In this document: positions 25,485 through 37,739 of the stretch, piece by piece | Layout of the letters: every line of letters begins with the position of its first letter | How positions within the stretch are numbered: the first letter of the stretch is position 1 | From: Octopus sinensis | Lineage: Eukaryota | Direction of reading: 5' to 3' | NCBI RefSeq assembly: GCF_006345805.1 | Contig: NW_021833959.1 | Span: 1 to 52,400 of the forward strand | DNA: 52,400 nt | Notes under the pieces: model-generated | Database searches by the model: none | The model's input: only the letters and a program-made list of their open reading frames with translations | Told to the model about the DNA's origin: nothing | Program-made: the position numbers and the translations under genes

Positions 25485-25850
25485 GAAGGCGACGAGCTGG
25501 CAGAAACGTTAGCACACCGGTCCAAATGCTTAGCAGTATTTCGTCTGCCGTCACGTTCTGAGTTCAAATTCCGCCGAAGTCAACTTTGCCTTTCATCCTT
25601 TCAGGATCGATTAAATATGTACGAGTTACGCACTGGGGTCGATTTAATCCATTTGTCTGTCTTTGTTTGTCCTCTCTGTGTTTAGCCCCTTGTGGGTGGT
25701 AAAGAAATAGGTATTTCGTCTGCCGCTGCGTTCTGAGTTCAAATTTCACCGAGATGGAGTTTGTCTTTCATCATTTTGAACTCGAAAAATTAAATAATCG
25801 ATTGACCCCCTTTTCCAAAATGTCTGGCCTTTTGCCTAGAATAGAAAAGA
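25485..25850 (+). mobile_element. SINE family A with partial tandem duplication
   Basis: Full unit 25485-25712, then gtatttcgtctgccg...gagttcaaatt is repeated from 25711. Confidence 0.85.
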
Positions 25851-26008
25851 ATATATTTCCTTCTTTTTTATGGCCATTTGTATATGTAACTTGTGAAGTT
25901 TCGCTTTTATTTCCAGTAATCGAGCGATCGCGTTAAATCTCACTTCTTTGACTGTAACTATCCTAGTTTAATAGGGTGGAGTGGGTATGCATGTGTTTAT
26001 GTGTGTGC

Positions 26009-26066
<58 letters not shown>

Positions 26067-26213
26067 GCATCTTTGTGTGAGTGTGTGAGTGCAATGCATA
26101 ATATTTCTGAGTCACAGGTTCGAATCCTTGTACCCGTCGTTGTGTAAGTAGGGCCAATAAAATTGGCTTGTTGAAGACACGATCTCATATTTCTCCGAGG
26201 ATACCGAGAATAA

Positions 26214-26305
26214 TACTGTTTTATATTTAAGAAATGAGGAATTACGTACAATATTTACATTTCACGGATATTTGTCCTCATCTTGTTTGTCGTTAACACA
26301 ACGTG
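26214..26305 (-). repeat. 3' tail of the tRNA-hammerhead element (family H3), truncated at stem III
   Basis: tatttacattt.acggatatttgtcctcatcttgtttgt...acacaacgt matches 27696-27748. Confidence 0.8.
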
Positions 26306-26787
26306 TCTCTACTGGAATGTTTTGTGATCTAGGTTTGTTACATAATCGTTGCCCTGGGTCGAAAAGGCAACTAGAATAGCAAGAAATGATAGAGGGGTGA
26401 ATTAGTCCATCATCCACTATGTTTGTATGTAGGACTAAAGAAGGGAACATTAAATAATGTAGTCCAACGTATATGAACAGATAGGATGGTCACGGATGGA
26501 ACGTGTATGATAATAGCTGAAACGCCAGCTGGGTCAGAGCCGATTTGATGCTAATCGTCATTGGCAGCAGTAGCAGTAGCAGCAGTAATAATAGCACATA
26601 GGAGAATTTAGTGCTAGATAGACGACTACTGATTAACAACGACAAAGTGGTCTCGGTTGGAACGCCTTCAATTCTTTTCGTTGTCGGTTTAAGCATCAAC
26701 AATCACAACAATCACAACATCATATCTATTTGGTGGGTTTTTTCAACAGAACTTTAACTGTTTCCAAGTTCCACATTCATATATACA

Positions 26788-27126
26788 TGATGGCTGTCCA
26801 CCCGTGACCGAGGAAGACCACTGCTGACCTTTAGGAACATTGTGCGCTCTAGGACTAACTTATATTTTGCATTTAGGACTCTATTAGTGACCAATGAGCC
26901 CTGCTTCTGACAAGTATACACGACTACAAACATTACAAACCAAACTTTCCCCGTTCACTACCCCAGCAGTGCGCTTTCGAGCAGCATGCTTAAATTCTTC
27001 ATGCAGAATACGTGCTCCCTCAAAGGTGTCGACCCCTCCTTAACCTACTTCCTCCATCTGTGGCGATGACAGGCATTGCTCTTCCAATCGGTCTCCTGCA
27101 TACCATATGCCTTTAATGAGGACTTG
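26788..27126 (-). mobile_element. RTE-clade LINE 3' end
   Basis: KSSLKAYGMQETDWKSNACHRHRWRK*VKEG..FEGARILHEEFKHAARKR..LVCNVCSRVYLSEAGLIGH. The 5' end abuts (TACA)n. Confidence 0.8.
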
Positions 27127-27669
27127 ATACATACATACATTATACATACATACATACATACATACATACATACACACATACAATTCTCTACAATTTAGAA
27201 AACTCGCAGTTTAAATTACCAGGAAACAAAAAAAAGAAAAAGGTGGGGAGTTAAGCTGCTGAAGATCGCGAGTACACTCCAGAATAGCTCACACACAGAC
27301 GTGTGTGCGAGACACTCCGATGCGAGTGTTTTCATTATCAAGAAAGGTACTGGTAGATGAGGAGGGCACCGGATTGATCCACGCGCTGCGGTTTGGCTGC
27401 GAAGCAGAACGGAGGCAGGCGAGGTGGTGCTGTGTTAAGGATGTCTCAGTCCGCCCAAAGGCAGCGATGCATCTGAAGTAGTCCCAGTAACTACATCGTC
27501 ACGAACATTATAGCTAAGTGGAAATACCCTGGAGAAACATTTTTAATGGTAATACAGAAACGTTAGTGTTCACGTAAGTATCATAGGAAATTCAAAATAT
27601 TTGATCCACTGAGCGTACCTAAGAAATCAGCAGAAACATAGCCCATATGGAAGAGTTTAAAATCCAAAA

Positions 27670-28003
27670 ATTAAGAAACAAGGAACATTTTACATTATTT
27701 ACATTTGACGGATATTTGTCCTCATCTTGTTTGTTTTTCACACAACGTTTCGGCTGATATACCCTCCAGCATTCATCAGGTGTCTTGGAGAAAACTCGAA
27801 CCTGGGTTCTCATTCCTAAGGTATTTTTCGATGTTATTATTATTATTATTACTATTCAGGTCACTGCTTGGAATCGAACTCGTAATCTTGGGGTTAGTAG
27901 CCCGCGCTCTTTACCACTGCGCCACATGCCCGTGGGCATCCGTCAAATGTAAATAATATAAATAATGTACATAATTCCTCATCTCTTAAATATAGAACTG
28001 TAC
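27670..28003 (-). mobile_element. Composite element: tRNA-like head, (TAA)n and hammerhead-bearing tail, with an inverted copy of the tail at the 5' end
   Basis: Head 27931-27857 has TGGCGCAGTGG and GAGTTCGATTCC. (TAA)n at 27834-27856. Hammerhead at 27740-27783. 27938-28003 is the reverse complement of the tail seen at 27690-27712 and 26216-26269. Confidence 0.8.
27740..27783 (-). ncRNA. Minimal type-I hammerhead ribozyme motif, family H3
   Basis: ACAC CUGAUGA A uGCUG gaggguauau CAGCc GAAA C GUU GUGU. Intact core, perfect 4-bp stem I, AACGUU palindrome. Confidence 0.75.
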
Positions 28004-28797
28004 AAGGGACATAATTGACAATATATATATACTAGAGTGGATCTGGTCTTAAAAGCGAGATGGTGAAACCAGCGAATATATTCCAATTCTAGTAGATCTT
28101 CTTGGCGACACGTAAGTGATGTAATGCAAATTAGAGTGTTAATTAAGTTATAGGATACAATTAATTAAATAATTACAGTGTTTATACGGTTTATAAAGAT
28201 TTTCGCTGTGCTTTAATCTGAAGGTTAAATGAACGATAGTTCATTCAACCCCTTTTAACTAGCAACAGCTAGGTGAAGACAACACGAAGAAGACGAAGAA
28301 TTTCTGTTAAGAAGTTCGCAACACAAAAACGAAAATCACCAACGATTTTCCGGTTTCGATCCCACTCGTTTGTAACCAAATGTCCCGTAGCAAAGTTTCG
28401 GGTTACTTGGTCTAAATTCACCTGCTTCGGTTTTTGTTGAAGTAATTGGTGTCACCACTTCTGGAAACCTTTGGATCAAGTGTCCAGTTCTTTGGTCACT
28501 TTTCTACTTTTATCAGAAAAAAGGTTCTTCTCATTGCCATTTATTCTCTCATGAAAATATCCTGGTCACTTCTTTTTACCTTCTGGCTATTAGATCATGG
28601 TCTCTGTCATTTACTCTTCACCCAGAAGGTCCTTATCACAGCCCTTTACATTCTAAAAGATCAAGGTCGGCAAAAGAGATCGATAGAATAAGTGCCAGGC
28701 TTTATAAAAAAAAAGAACTAAGGTCAATTCAGTCAACTAAAAATTCTTCAAGGCGGTGCCCCAGCATGGTCGCAGTCTTATGACAGAAACAAGTAAA

Positions 28798-28930
28798 GAA
28801 GAAGAAGAAGAAGAAGAAAAGAAGAAGAAGAAGAAGAAGAAGAAGAAGAAGAAGAAGAAGAAGAAGAAGAAGAAGAAGAAGAAGAAGAAGAAGAAGAAGA
28901 AGAAGAAGAAGAAGAAGAAGAAGAAGAAGA
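28798..28930. repeat. (GAA)n microsatellite following a family C SINE tail (28665-28797)
   Basis: Direct reading; explains the poly-K/S/L ORFs. Confidence 0.97.
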
Positions 28931-28939
28931 GCCAGAGCC

Positions 28940-29100
28940 AGAGTAGACGCTATCACATTGTGCCAGTCGCCCTCGAGACCTCAAGAATCCTCGGACCCTT
29001 CTCCAATATCGGGGTAACTGCCCCGTCTGAGAAATGATGGGGTGGCTGAGCAGCGAGTATCGCTGACCTTTCTCCTTTGCAATCCTGTCCGTAATATGCT
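28940..29100 (+). mobile_element. Degenerate RLE C-terminus of a CRE-like non-LTR element
   Basis: RRYHIVPVALETSRILGP...WL(fs)QRVSLT resembles the YxFxPxAxETxGxxGP...WLxQRxSxA motif. Confidence 0.55.
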
Positions 29101-29799
29101 ACTTAACCAACCCACCTTTCTTTTCGCCCGTCACTTTCTTTCCTTGATAGTTAAGGGGGGGTCTTTTTCTTGATCTTTTATACTCTTAATGTTTTCTTTC
29201 TTTCACGGAATAAATCATTTCACCTTTTGCCTATCCGAAGCATTTTCATAACTTTATCTTGCACACCCATACTTTTATTCTGACGAATAGATAGCCCTTG
29301 TTTACTACGTTCTGAGTAATACATAGCTGTTCTTTCATCAATCCTCGGTTACTCTAATGGCTGAAAAAAAACTGATGTGATACGAAGGACATATCTCCCT
29401 GACGTCTATACATGTAAGGAGAGGTAACGGCTCTAAAAGACTACCTAGCGACGCCTTCTGCATGTATATGTGCACGTGTGTGTTTAAAAGTAGAAGCTGA
29501 AGGTATGAAATAGACGAAACACAAAAATAAACTCCATTAAATAAATAAGAGCCGTATGATACAAAATTTTAAAAGGTAAGAATGAAGAGAGACAGGACAA
29601 AAGGAGCGAATTTCGACCAGAATTTTGGGGGGTAACACAACAATACTGAACAAAAGGACACTACAAACAAGGTGATAAAAATGCATAAACAAACTAACAT
29701 CGGTCGTTAAATAAAAATGTTATCTATACTTTTGATCATGTGTGGGGTAATCTTAGTGTGTTGAACATTGCTAGAGAGTTATCGTTGAGAGCTTTAGGG

Positions 29800-30108
29800 C
29801 AGTGATTTCCATGCTTTTGGGGGCTGCTACCCCCTTGACACCCAGGCCATATCCCTAGTGCCCCCACCCAACTAACCATCACAAACATAGACCTCTTTCT
29901 GAAGCAAATTTAAAGCAACTGCACTTCACAAATACAGGTTAATCTAATAAACCCATTATTTTGATGCTTTTACTTGAATTGCCACCCCATTATCACCCCA
30001 CTCTTTACATGAATCGCTACCCCATTATCGGCCCACTTTTCTTCAACGACCCCTTGGAAATTTCCTGCGCACCCAGCGGGGCAATACCGCCCACTTTGGG
30101 AACCACTG
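29800..30108. mobile_element. hAT (Charlie-like) non-autonomous MITE
   Basis: TIRs CAGTGATTTCCA / TGGGAACCACTG. Perfect 8-bp TSD CTTTAGGG at 29792-29799 and 30109-30116. Confidence 0.92.
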
Positions 30109-30344
30109 CTTTAGGGTAAGCATATAATAGAATTAGACGATAGGAATATGTACGAGAGCGTAGGGCGGCGTGCGGGCAGAATCGTTACCTGAGGATTTGT
30201 CTTGAATCCTTTTAGAGGTCGATAAAACAAGTACCAATTCAGCACTGGGATTGATGCAACTGACTTATTCGCCGGCCCTGCGCCAGACTTTAACGAGGGA
30301 GGAAAGAAAGGACGTAAATAAAGAGACTGATATATAGACACACA

Positions 30345-30356
30345 GTGTGTGTGTGT

Positions 30357-30423
<67 letters not shown>
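30345..30423. repeat. (GT)n microsatellite
   Basis: Direct reading. Confidence 0.95.
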
Positions 30424-30427
<4 letters not shown>

Positions 30428-31097
30428 AAGTCTATTTTGACTTAACTGGTTTTCCCAAAAGATTGTCGTGACAACCAGTTAACCAGTGAAGACATATTTA
30501 TGTCATCTAACTAATCAAATTAGTCCATTAATTACTCGATGCCATGTACATTACTCAGTTCTTTATGTAATTAACCATTTTCTAACTAACTAATTACGGT
30601 CATTAGCCAACTAATTACGCTAATTACACGTGCTGTAGTGAGTTAGTAACTTTCTGTCACCTTCAGCCCCACATTGTGTTGTTCAACCTGTTCTGTCTTG
30701 GGATGGGGTTGTTTAAGACGGTTCACACCTTCCACTTGCAGTACTTCGAAGTCCCTAACTATAGTTAAATAAAATACTACACAAGAATCAGCAAATACTA
30801 TTTGCCAACAGCTTGGATCAGCGAATCCCGTTGCCAAGTTTTCGGTGAAGATGGCATGTTAATAAATCCAGTGTAAGCAGAGTAAACTTGTTAGATGGTA
30901 ATTAATTAACTAATGTAGAAACGTAATTAAGAAATGTCGAAATGCATGAGATCAATTAGTTAATAGATTAAGAATTTGCTGAGAATTTGGCAGGAAAGAT
31001 CCAGCGTTTCTCTCTTTAAAGTTTTGAGTCCCAATCCAAGAATGGTATACTTTGACAGTCATCTTTCCTGAGATGATAAAAAGAAAATAAAAATAAA

Positions 31098-31607
31098 CTG
31101 GCACCCCGTCGGTTGCGACGATAAAGGTTTTAGCTGATCCCATCAACGGAACAGCCTGCTCGAGGAATTCACTTGCAAGTGGCTGAGTACTCCAGAGACG
31201 TGCATATACTTAAGGAACTTCTGGCAGAGTCGTTAGCACGTTCTGAGTTCAAATTCTGCCGAGGTCGACTTCGCCTTTCATCCTTTCGGGGTCGATTAAA
31301 TAAGTACTTTTTACGCACTGGAGTCGATATAATCGACTTAATCCGTTTGTCTGTCCTTGTTTGCCCTCTCTGTGTTTAGCCCCTTGTGGGTAGTAAAGAA
31401 ATAGGTACTTCTCAGGGAGATACATCGTGACACAGATTGTGAAAAGGTTGGTCCGTTTGAAATGCAAGTACAGTTCATTTTTGCCAGCTGGAAGGACTAG
31501 ATCAACGTGAAATAAAGGGTCTTGCCCAAGAAAAAAAAAAGACTCCACCGAAAATCGAACTCACGACTTTACGATCGTGGATCGAATACCTTAGCTCCTT
31601 AGCCATG
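31098..31607 (-). mobile_element. Family B-related SINE (minus) with a family A SINE nested at 31220-31405 (plus)
   Basis: The tail 31098-31212 and body 31408-31460 match 17155-17320. A tRNA-like head lies at about 31550-31607. The insert matches 25485-25712. Confidence 0.78.
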
Positions 31608-31879
31608 AGATAAAATGAAGTACCAATAACATACTAAGATCAATATATTGAAGTATACCCCTACCTCAACAAAATACGTGCCCCTCTGCTTATTTGATAA
31701 TTCAAGATTATGGTCATTCCATGAAAACGTTTAGAAACAACAAAGAGTTCGCCACGTTTGTGAGTTCGAATTCTAGTAAGGTTAACTTTGAATTTCCTTT
31801 TCCTGAGGTTCCGTAAAATATACCATCCGTAAAATTCCAATTCTTGAACTTATTATAGAAATCAGCAACACCCTGAATT

Positions 31880-32075
31880 TCAGTTGTTGAGTGGTACCCA
31901 TGCGAACGGAGGAGACCACTCAGAAGATCTCCAGTCATGTAGGAAGACAATTTAAGAAAGATGTTTGGAACAACGTGTAGGAGATTGACGGGAGCACGAA
32001 GGGGAATGTAACAAATGCTGTGGCCAGCGGAGCCGACTCGAGTCCAGACGGCCTGCCCGATCCAGGTGATCCGGT
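31880..32075 (+). mobile_element. RTE-type LINE 3' end
   Basis: VVEWYPCERRRPLRRSPVM*EDNLRKMFGTTCRR resembles the EWYPxxxKRPxGRPPxRWxD tail. Confidence 0.65.
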
Positions 32076-32534
32076 CGATTTGCAAAATATAGGATTCCTT
32101 ACAGTTTCTGTCAACCAAATTCACTCGAGGTTATTGTAGAAAATATTTGTCGAAGGTACCACGCGGTTAGATTGAATCCGGTGTCATGTGATTGGGAAGC
32201 AGACTTATTACGACACAGCTACGCACGCGTCTCTATTGAATATCACCAACAAAACAAAAAGTTTATTTCTAGAAGCCGAATGAACAGAGTTAATGAAATA
32301 TTGACAAACCAGACAAGAGGTCGGGGTTTCGTGTCATGTCCGGAGCATTACATTGTTTCCGTCATAATTTAGAATGGGTCAGAATTAGGATAACTCAATC
32401 CGTAGCTATTTGACTAAAATTTATTACGCACCAAGTTAGAGATATGGGTGGTGCCCCAGCATGGCCGCAGTCTAATGACTGAAACAAGTAAAGGATAACA
32501 CATCAAAGTTATATGCAAATAGTTATAAATACAT

Positions 32535-32763
32535 GGGCTGCGACGATTTCATCTCAATCGAAGGAGAGGGGCTTTATCCGTCCGGGTTGCGGATCCGTGG
32601 AATAAGGTGCCGGACGAGATAGTGAAGATGCCGACGACCGCTCGGTTCAAAGTCTCCCTTGGCCTAAACTCTTTGTATGAACACCACCCTGTACATAATT
32701 CCATGTCCCCCTACATGGCCTTGCTTTTTGCTTTTTGAGCCAAAAACTTAACTTAACTTAACT
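32535..32763 (+). mobile_element. CR1-clade LINE 3' end with (TTAAC)n tail
   Basis: LRRFHLNRRRGALSVRVADPWNKVPDEIVKMPTTARFKVSL matches the FSxRVxxxWNxLPxxxV...FKxxL signature. Ends in ttaacttaacttaact. Confidence 0.75.
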
Positions 32764-32819
32764 ATAAACATATGTATGTTTACATATATGTGTGTGTGTA
32801 TGATTGTATGCAGGCCTGC

Positions 32820-32837
32820 ATGTATGTAAGCATACAC

Positions 32838-32868
<31 letters not shown>

Positions 32869-33120
32869 TGTATGTATGTATGTATGTAGTATGTATGTAT
32901 GTATGTATGTACGTATGTACGTATGTGTGAATGTATGTACGTATGTATGTATGTATGTATGTATGTATGTATGTATGTATGTATGTATGTATGTACGTAT
33001 GTACGTATGTGTGAATGTATGTACGTATGTATGTATGTATGTATGTATGTATGTATGTATGTATGTATGTATGTATGTATGTATATATGTATGTATGTAC
33101 GTGTGTATGTATCTATATAT
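32820..33120. repeat. (TATG)n microsatellite with internal duplication
   Basis: Direct reading. Confidence 0.95.
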
Positions 33121-33125
33121 GTCGT

Positions 33126-33508
33126 GAAGGTACAATGGCCAAGTGGTTAGAGCAGCGAACTCTCGGGCGTGCGATCGCAGTTTCGATTCCCAGACTGAGC
33201 GCTGCGAGTGTTTATTGAGCGAAAACAACTAAAGCTCCATGAGGCTCCGGCAGGGGGTTGTGGCGAACCCTGCAATACTCTTTCACCACACCTTTCTCTC
33301 ACTCTTTCTTTCTGTTTCTGTTGCACCTGTATCTCAAAGAACCAGCCTTGTCACACTCTGTGTCACGCTGAATCTCCCCGAGAACTACGTTAAGAGTACA
33401 CGTAACTGTGGAGTGCCCAACCACTTGTACGTTAATTTCATAAGCAGGATGTTCCGCTGATCGGATCATCATCAACTGCAACCCTCGTCGTCGTAACCGA
33501 CGGAGTAC
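33126..33508 (+). mobile_element. tRNA-derived SINE family B, near full length
   Basis: TGGCCAAGTGG / GTTTCGATTCC boxes; matches 17152-17521 in reverse. Confidence 0.85.
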
Positions 33509-33605
33509 CACGACGATGTATATATGTATGTAAGCATGATGTATGTATGTATGTATGTATGTATGTATATATGTATGTATGTATATATGCATGCATGCAT
33601 ATATG

Positions 33606-33640
<35 letters not shown>

Positions 33641-33660
33641 GTCGTTATTCGGTTTTATTA

Positions 33661-33848
33661 AGGCGGCGAGCTGGCAGAAGTGTTAGCACGCCAAGTGAAA
33701 TGCTTAGCAGCATTTCATCCAACCTTACGATCTAAGTTCACATTCCTTTCGGGATTGATAAATTAAGTACCAGTGAAACACTGGGGTCGATGTAATCGAC
33801 TGGCCCCCACGCCTAAATTTCAGACCTAAGCACCTATAGTACATAGGA
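33661..33848 (+). mobile_element. SINE family A inserted in the R4-like 3' tail, with ~15-bp TSD
   Basis: Flanks are ttattcggttttatt (33645-33659) and ttattcagttttatt (33849-33863). Confidence 0.85.
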
Positions 33849-33852
33849 TTAT

Positions 33853-34202
33853 TCAGTTTTATTTCAAGATTTCTTGCCAATAGAGAAAGAATCGGTTTCT
33901 AACCTAGATCCAAGGTACTTTCATTGGAATTTCAACATCAACAACAGGCGCATATCTAGACATGCTTGTATATATTTAAATGAGAAACTTCTGGAAAGTT
34001 TTGCAGATTTTTACAGTTCCAGTGATTGATTCGATCTGTAGTCTTCGAATTAGATGTCTCCTTTCTGATTTTAGAAGCCTAATTTCTTAAGATTGGTATT
34101 TAAGCAGCATGTTACATATCTCCGGGCCCAAATAATTACAGGTATAAACCTGAACTTGTAATCTGGATAGAGTAACTGCAGATTTCTCAATAGCGCAGCG
34201 TA
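33853..34202 (-). mobile_element. R4-like LINE 3' end (RLE C-terminus and 3'UTR)
   Basis: YAALLRNLQLLYPDYKFRFIPVIIWA..YVTCCLNTNLKKLGF. The 5' break abuts (TACA)n, and the 3' tail (continuing to 33641) also ends in (TACA)n. Confidence 0.7.
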
Positions 34203-34924
34203 TGTATGTAGGCAGGTATGATTGTATGTAAGCATTATGTATGTACGTATTATATGCACACACACACACATTGTGACAAACACGAAAGTTGTTCCAAAAG
34301 TTGTGTTGGAAACTGAACTTTTAAAATAATGTAAAACTAATCGTTTCTTACTGTCACATCATTAACAACATTGGAATAAAAAAAAAAATTTATACACACA
34401 AATATAGACATATATACATATATTCACATGTGGTGTGTGTGCGCGTGTGCGTGTGTATGTGTGTGTGCATACATACATACACACACACAAACACACACAT
34501 ATGTATATATACGTGCATATCTGTAAAAGAAATATACTTGCATATGCAGCTAGTTGCATGCGAACATAGAAAAATGCCGCTGATTGGCTGCAGCCGCATC
34601 GTGACACTATAAGAATAGCTGCGTTCACGTGTACTTAAAGCAGCGACCCCCCCCCCCACCACCACCACCACCACCACCACCGCTCCAACGTCTTCATCTC
34701 CTTCCCCTTCTTCTCTACCTCACCCTCTTCCTTCGGCTTCACCACCACCACCACCACCACCACCTCACACAACCGCCTCCTCCCGCTACCGCTTTCTTGT
34801 AATTGTTGTTGTGTAAATAATTTTCTCCTGCTATTTCATGTTACGTAGTGCAGTCACCTACTAGGTTATCTACGCAACTGAGGTGCAGCCAGTTTGCACA
34901 AAATGCATCGGCTTGCACACAACC

Positions 34925-34934
34925 ACATATATAT

Positions 34935-34973
<39 letters not shown>

Positions 34974-35319
34974 CTATATATATACATGGTTGTTTAGAGG
35001 TGTGCATATGTGTATGCAAGCACGTTTTTAAGTCTGTTCTAAGTTACGTCTGTCTATACAATTATACGAAAATATGTACATTTACATATATATGTATATA
35101 TATTTACGATATGTATGTGTGGATATATTTACCGTATGTATATGCGATACGTAGCTGTTTATATATTTAATTACATGTTCGAGTGTAAGTATGCTTGTAT
35201 ATAGGTATTGGCGTACCTCTACATAATCATTCGGTGTATGAATGACTATTTGTTTCCCTTTATGCATGCTTGTAAGTATGTATGTATATATATCAATGTG
35301 GATCAATGCTTGTATGCAG

Positions 35320-35351
<32 letters not shown>

Positions 35352-35630
35352 GTGTTGTGTGTGTGTGTGTGTGTGTGTGTGAATCTTTTCTATCTAAGCT
35401 TGTATGTATATATGTGTATAGATGTCTTTATGAATGCGTGTATGCACACACAGATATCTGTTTGTATGTATGTTTGTATGTATATATGTATTGTTTGTAA
35501 GTATGCATGTATATACCTATTGACATACGTATACAAATTTTTCTGTGTATGACCGTACACTTATTTCCTTCTATACATGTTTGTATGTATCTATGTATAT
35601 ATGTCTATGTGTATGACTGCCTCGAAGTAA

Positions 35631-35665
<35 letters not shown>

Positions 35666-35698
35666 AGTATTTGGTGTGCATACTTGTATGTATGTATG

Positions 35699-35731
<33 letters not shown>

Positions 35732-36053
35732 TTATACATGCATATATATATATATGTATATATACATACAGATGCATACATGTATACAGACGCACACATA
35801 TATATATATATGTATTTGTATGAATGCTTGTATGCACATATAGATATGTGTCTGTATGTTTGTTCGTATGTGTAAATGTATTGTTTGTATGCATGTATGG
35901 TTGCATGTATAGGTATGCAAGCTTCGGTGAATGAGAATACATAATGGATGTATGTATGCATGTGTCTGTGAAGATGCACGGATGTTCGTGTATCATGTGT
36001 AAGTGCATGCAATGTGTTTATCTACATATGCATATATTTATATGCATATATAT

Positions 36054-36112
<59 letters not shown>

Positions 36113-36242
36113 GAGAGAGAGACACGACAGATAGACAGACAGATAGATAGATAGATTGATAGATAGAGAGAGAGAGATATAGACAGATGACACACACATA
36201 CACATATATATATACATGGATCTATTATATATATATATATAG

Positions 36243-36276
<34 letters not shown>

Positions 36277-36301
36277 TATATATACATACATATATATATA
36301 T

Positions 36302-36364
<63 letters not shown>

Positions 36365-36445
36365 AATATTAATATATATATATTATATTATATATATCTA
36401 TTATATATATATATGTATATCTATACTCTATAATATATATATCTA

Positions 36446-36495
<50 letters not shown>

Positions 36496-36890
36496 ATATA
36501 TATGCTTTTCTGTACCTGAATGCACACGTTTGGTTAACAATTTTATGTGCACAGACAGAATTACATATATATTTACAACTATATATATGGAGCATACATC
36601 TGAACACATCTGCATGCATGTAGAAATGTATGCACGAGTGTGTATGTGTGCGTCTGCGTGTATGTGCGTGTGTCTGTGTATGGGTGCCTTTGTGTGTGTG
36701 TCTCTCTATGTGTGTCTCTATGCGTGTCTGTGTGTGTGTTTTTGTGTGACTCTGTGTATGTCTTGGTGTGTGTGTGTCTGTGTATGTGTGTGTGTCTGTG
36801 TGTCTGCGTGTCTTTGTATGTGCCTGTGTGTGTGCCTGTGTGTGTGTGTGCGTGCGTGTGTGTGTGTGTGTGTGCGTGTGTGTGTGTTTG
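34925..36890. repeat. Extended (TA)n/(TG)n low-complexity field
   Basis: Direct reading. Confidence 0.92.
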
Positions 36891-36913
36891 TATAACTATA
36901 TGACACTATGATT

Positions 36914-37211
36914 GAAAGCGTGTGGGTGAATGGTTAAGGCATTCGGCTCAGGATCATAAGGTCGTGAGATCGATTCCAGTTATGTCCTTGAGCAAGACAC
37001 TTTACTTAATGTTGTCCATTCGGCTGGCTAAAATGAGTTATACCTGTAATTCAAAGGGGCCAGCCTTGTCACACTCTTTATCACACTGAATCTCCCTGAG
37101 AACTATGTTAAGGGTACACGTGTCTGTGGAGTCTTCCACATTAATTTCACGAACAGGCTGTTCTGTTAATCGAATCTCTCGGAACACTCATCGTCGTAAC
37201 CGACGGAGTAC
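36914..37211 (+). mobile_element. tRNA-derived SINE, family B-related
   Basis: Head with gtccttgagcaagacacttta as at 20968; body and tail as in 33330-33508. Confidence 0.8.
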
Positions 37212-37739
37212 TAGGATAAGGTGTTTTGTATGCTTGTATTGTTGCATAAGTGTGTATTCACGGATAATCATTGATGTTAATACATTCATAAATGGTTATG
37301 TATGTGTAAGTATGAGAATCTTTCAATTAGACACTCGGTTACATATATTTACGTACAATTACAGGTATGAAATTAATAAAACAAATGCGTTACGAGTTTA
37401 AAATAGCAATGCGTGTATTATACTTAAAACAGATGCATCATTAAAAACCTGATTTAAAGCAGTATTCGTCCTGAGAATATATCTCTAACAAACGTACAGT
37501 GTTAAAAACAGATTTATATCAGAAGAACATGAACATTGGGGAGTAGTGATGGGGGCATTACTAATTTCGTATTTCTGACTCATTGCAATTCGTCAGTGGC
37601 AAGAATCCATTGACAGCCGCATGCAAAGACAAAATCCACATTCAACGCTATAGGAATGCTGTGATTTAAAAATGGACAGATGTCAGAATTTGCTGGTAAG
37701 CTGAATCATTAATTTCTTTAGATGCAACAAGTGAAGTGT

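Noticed and set aside
27857-27931. Functional tRNA gene
   Set aside because: The acceptor and anticodon stems are imperfect and it is fused to a repeat tail. The same applies to the heads at 17450-17521, 20890-20960 and 33126-33200.
30643-30837. 64-aa complex-looking ORF
   Set aside because: No recognisable motif and no convincing splice sites.
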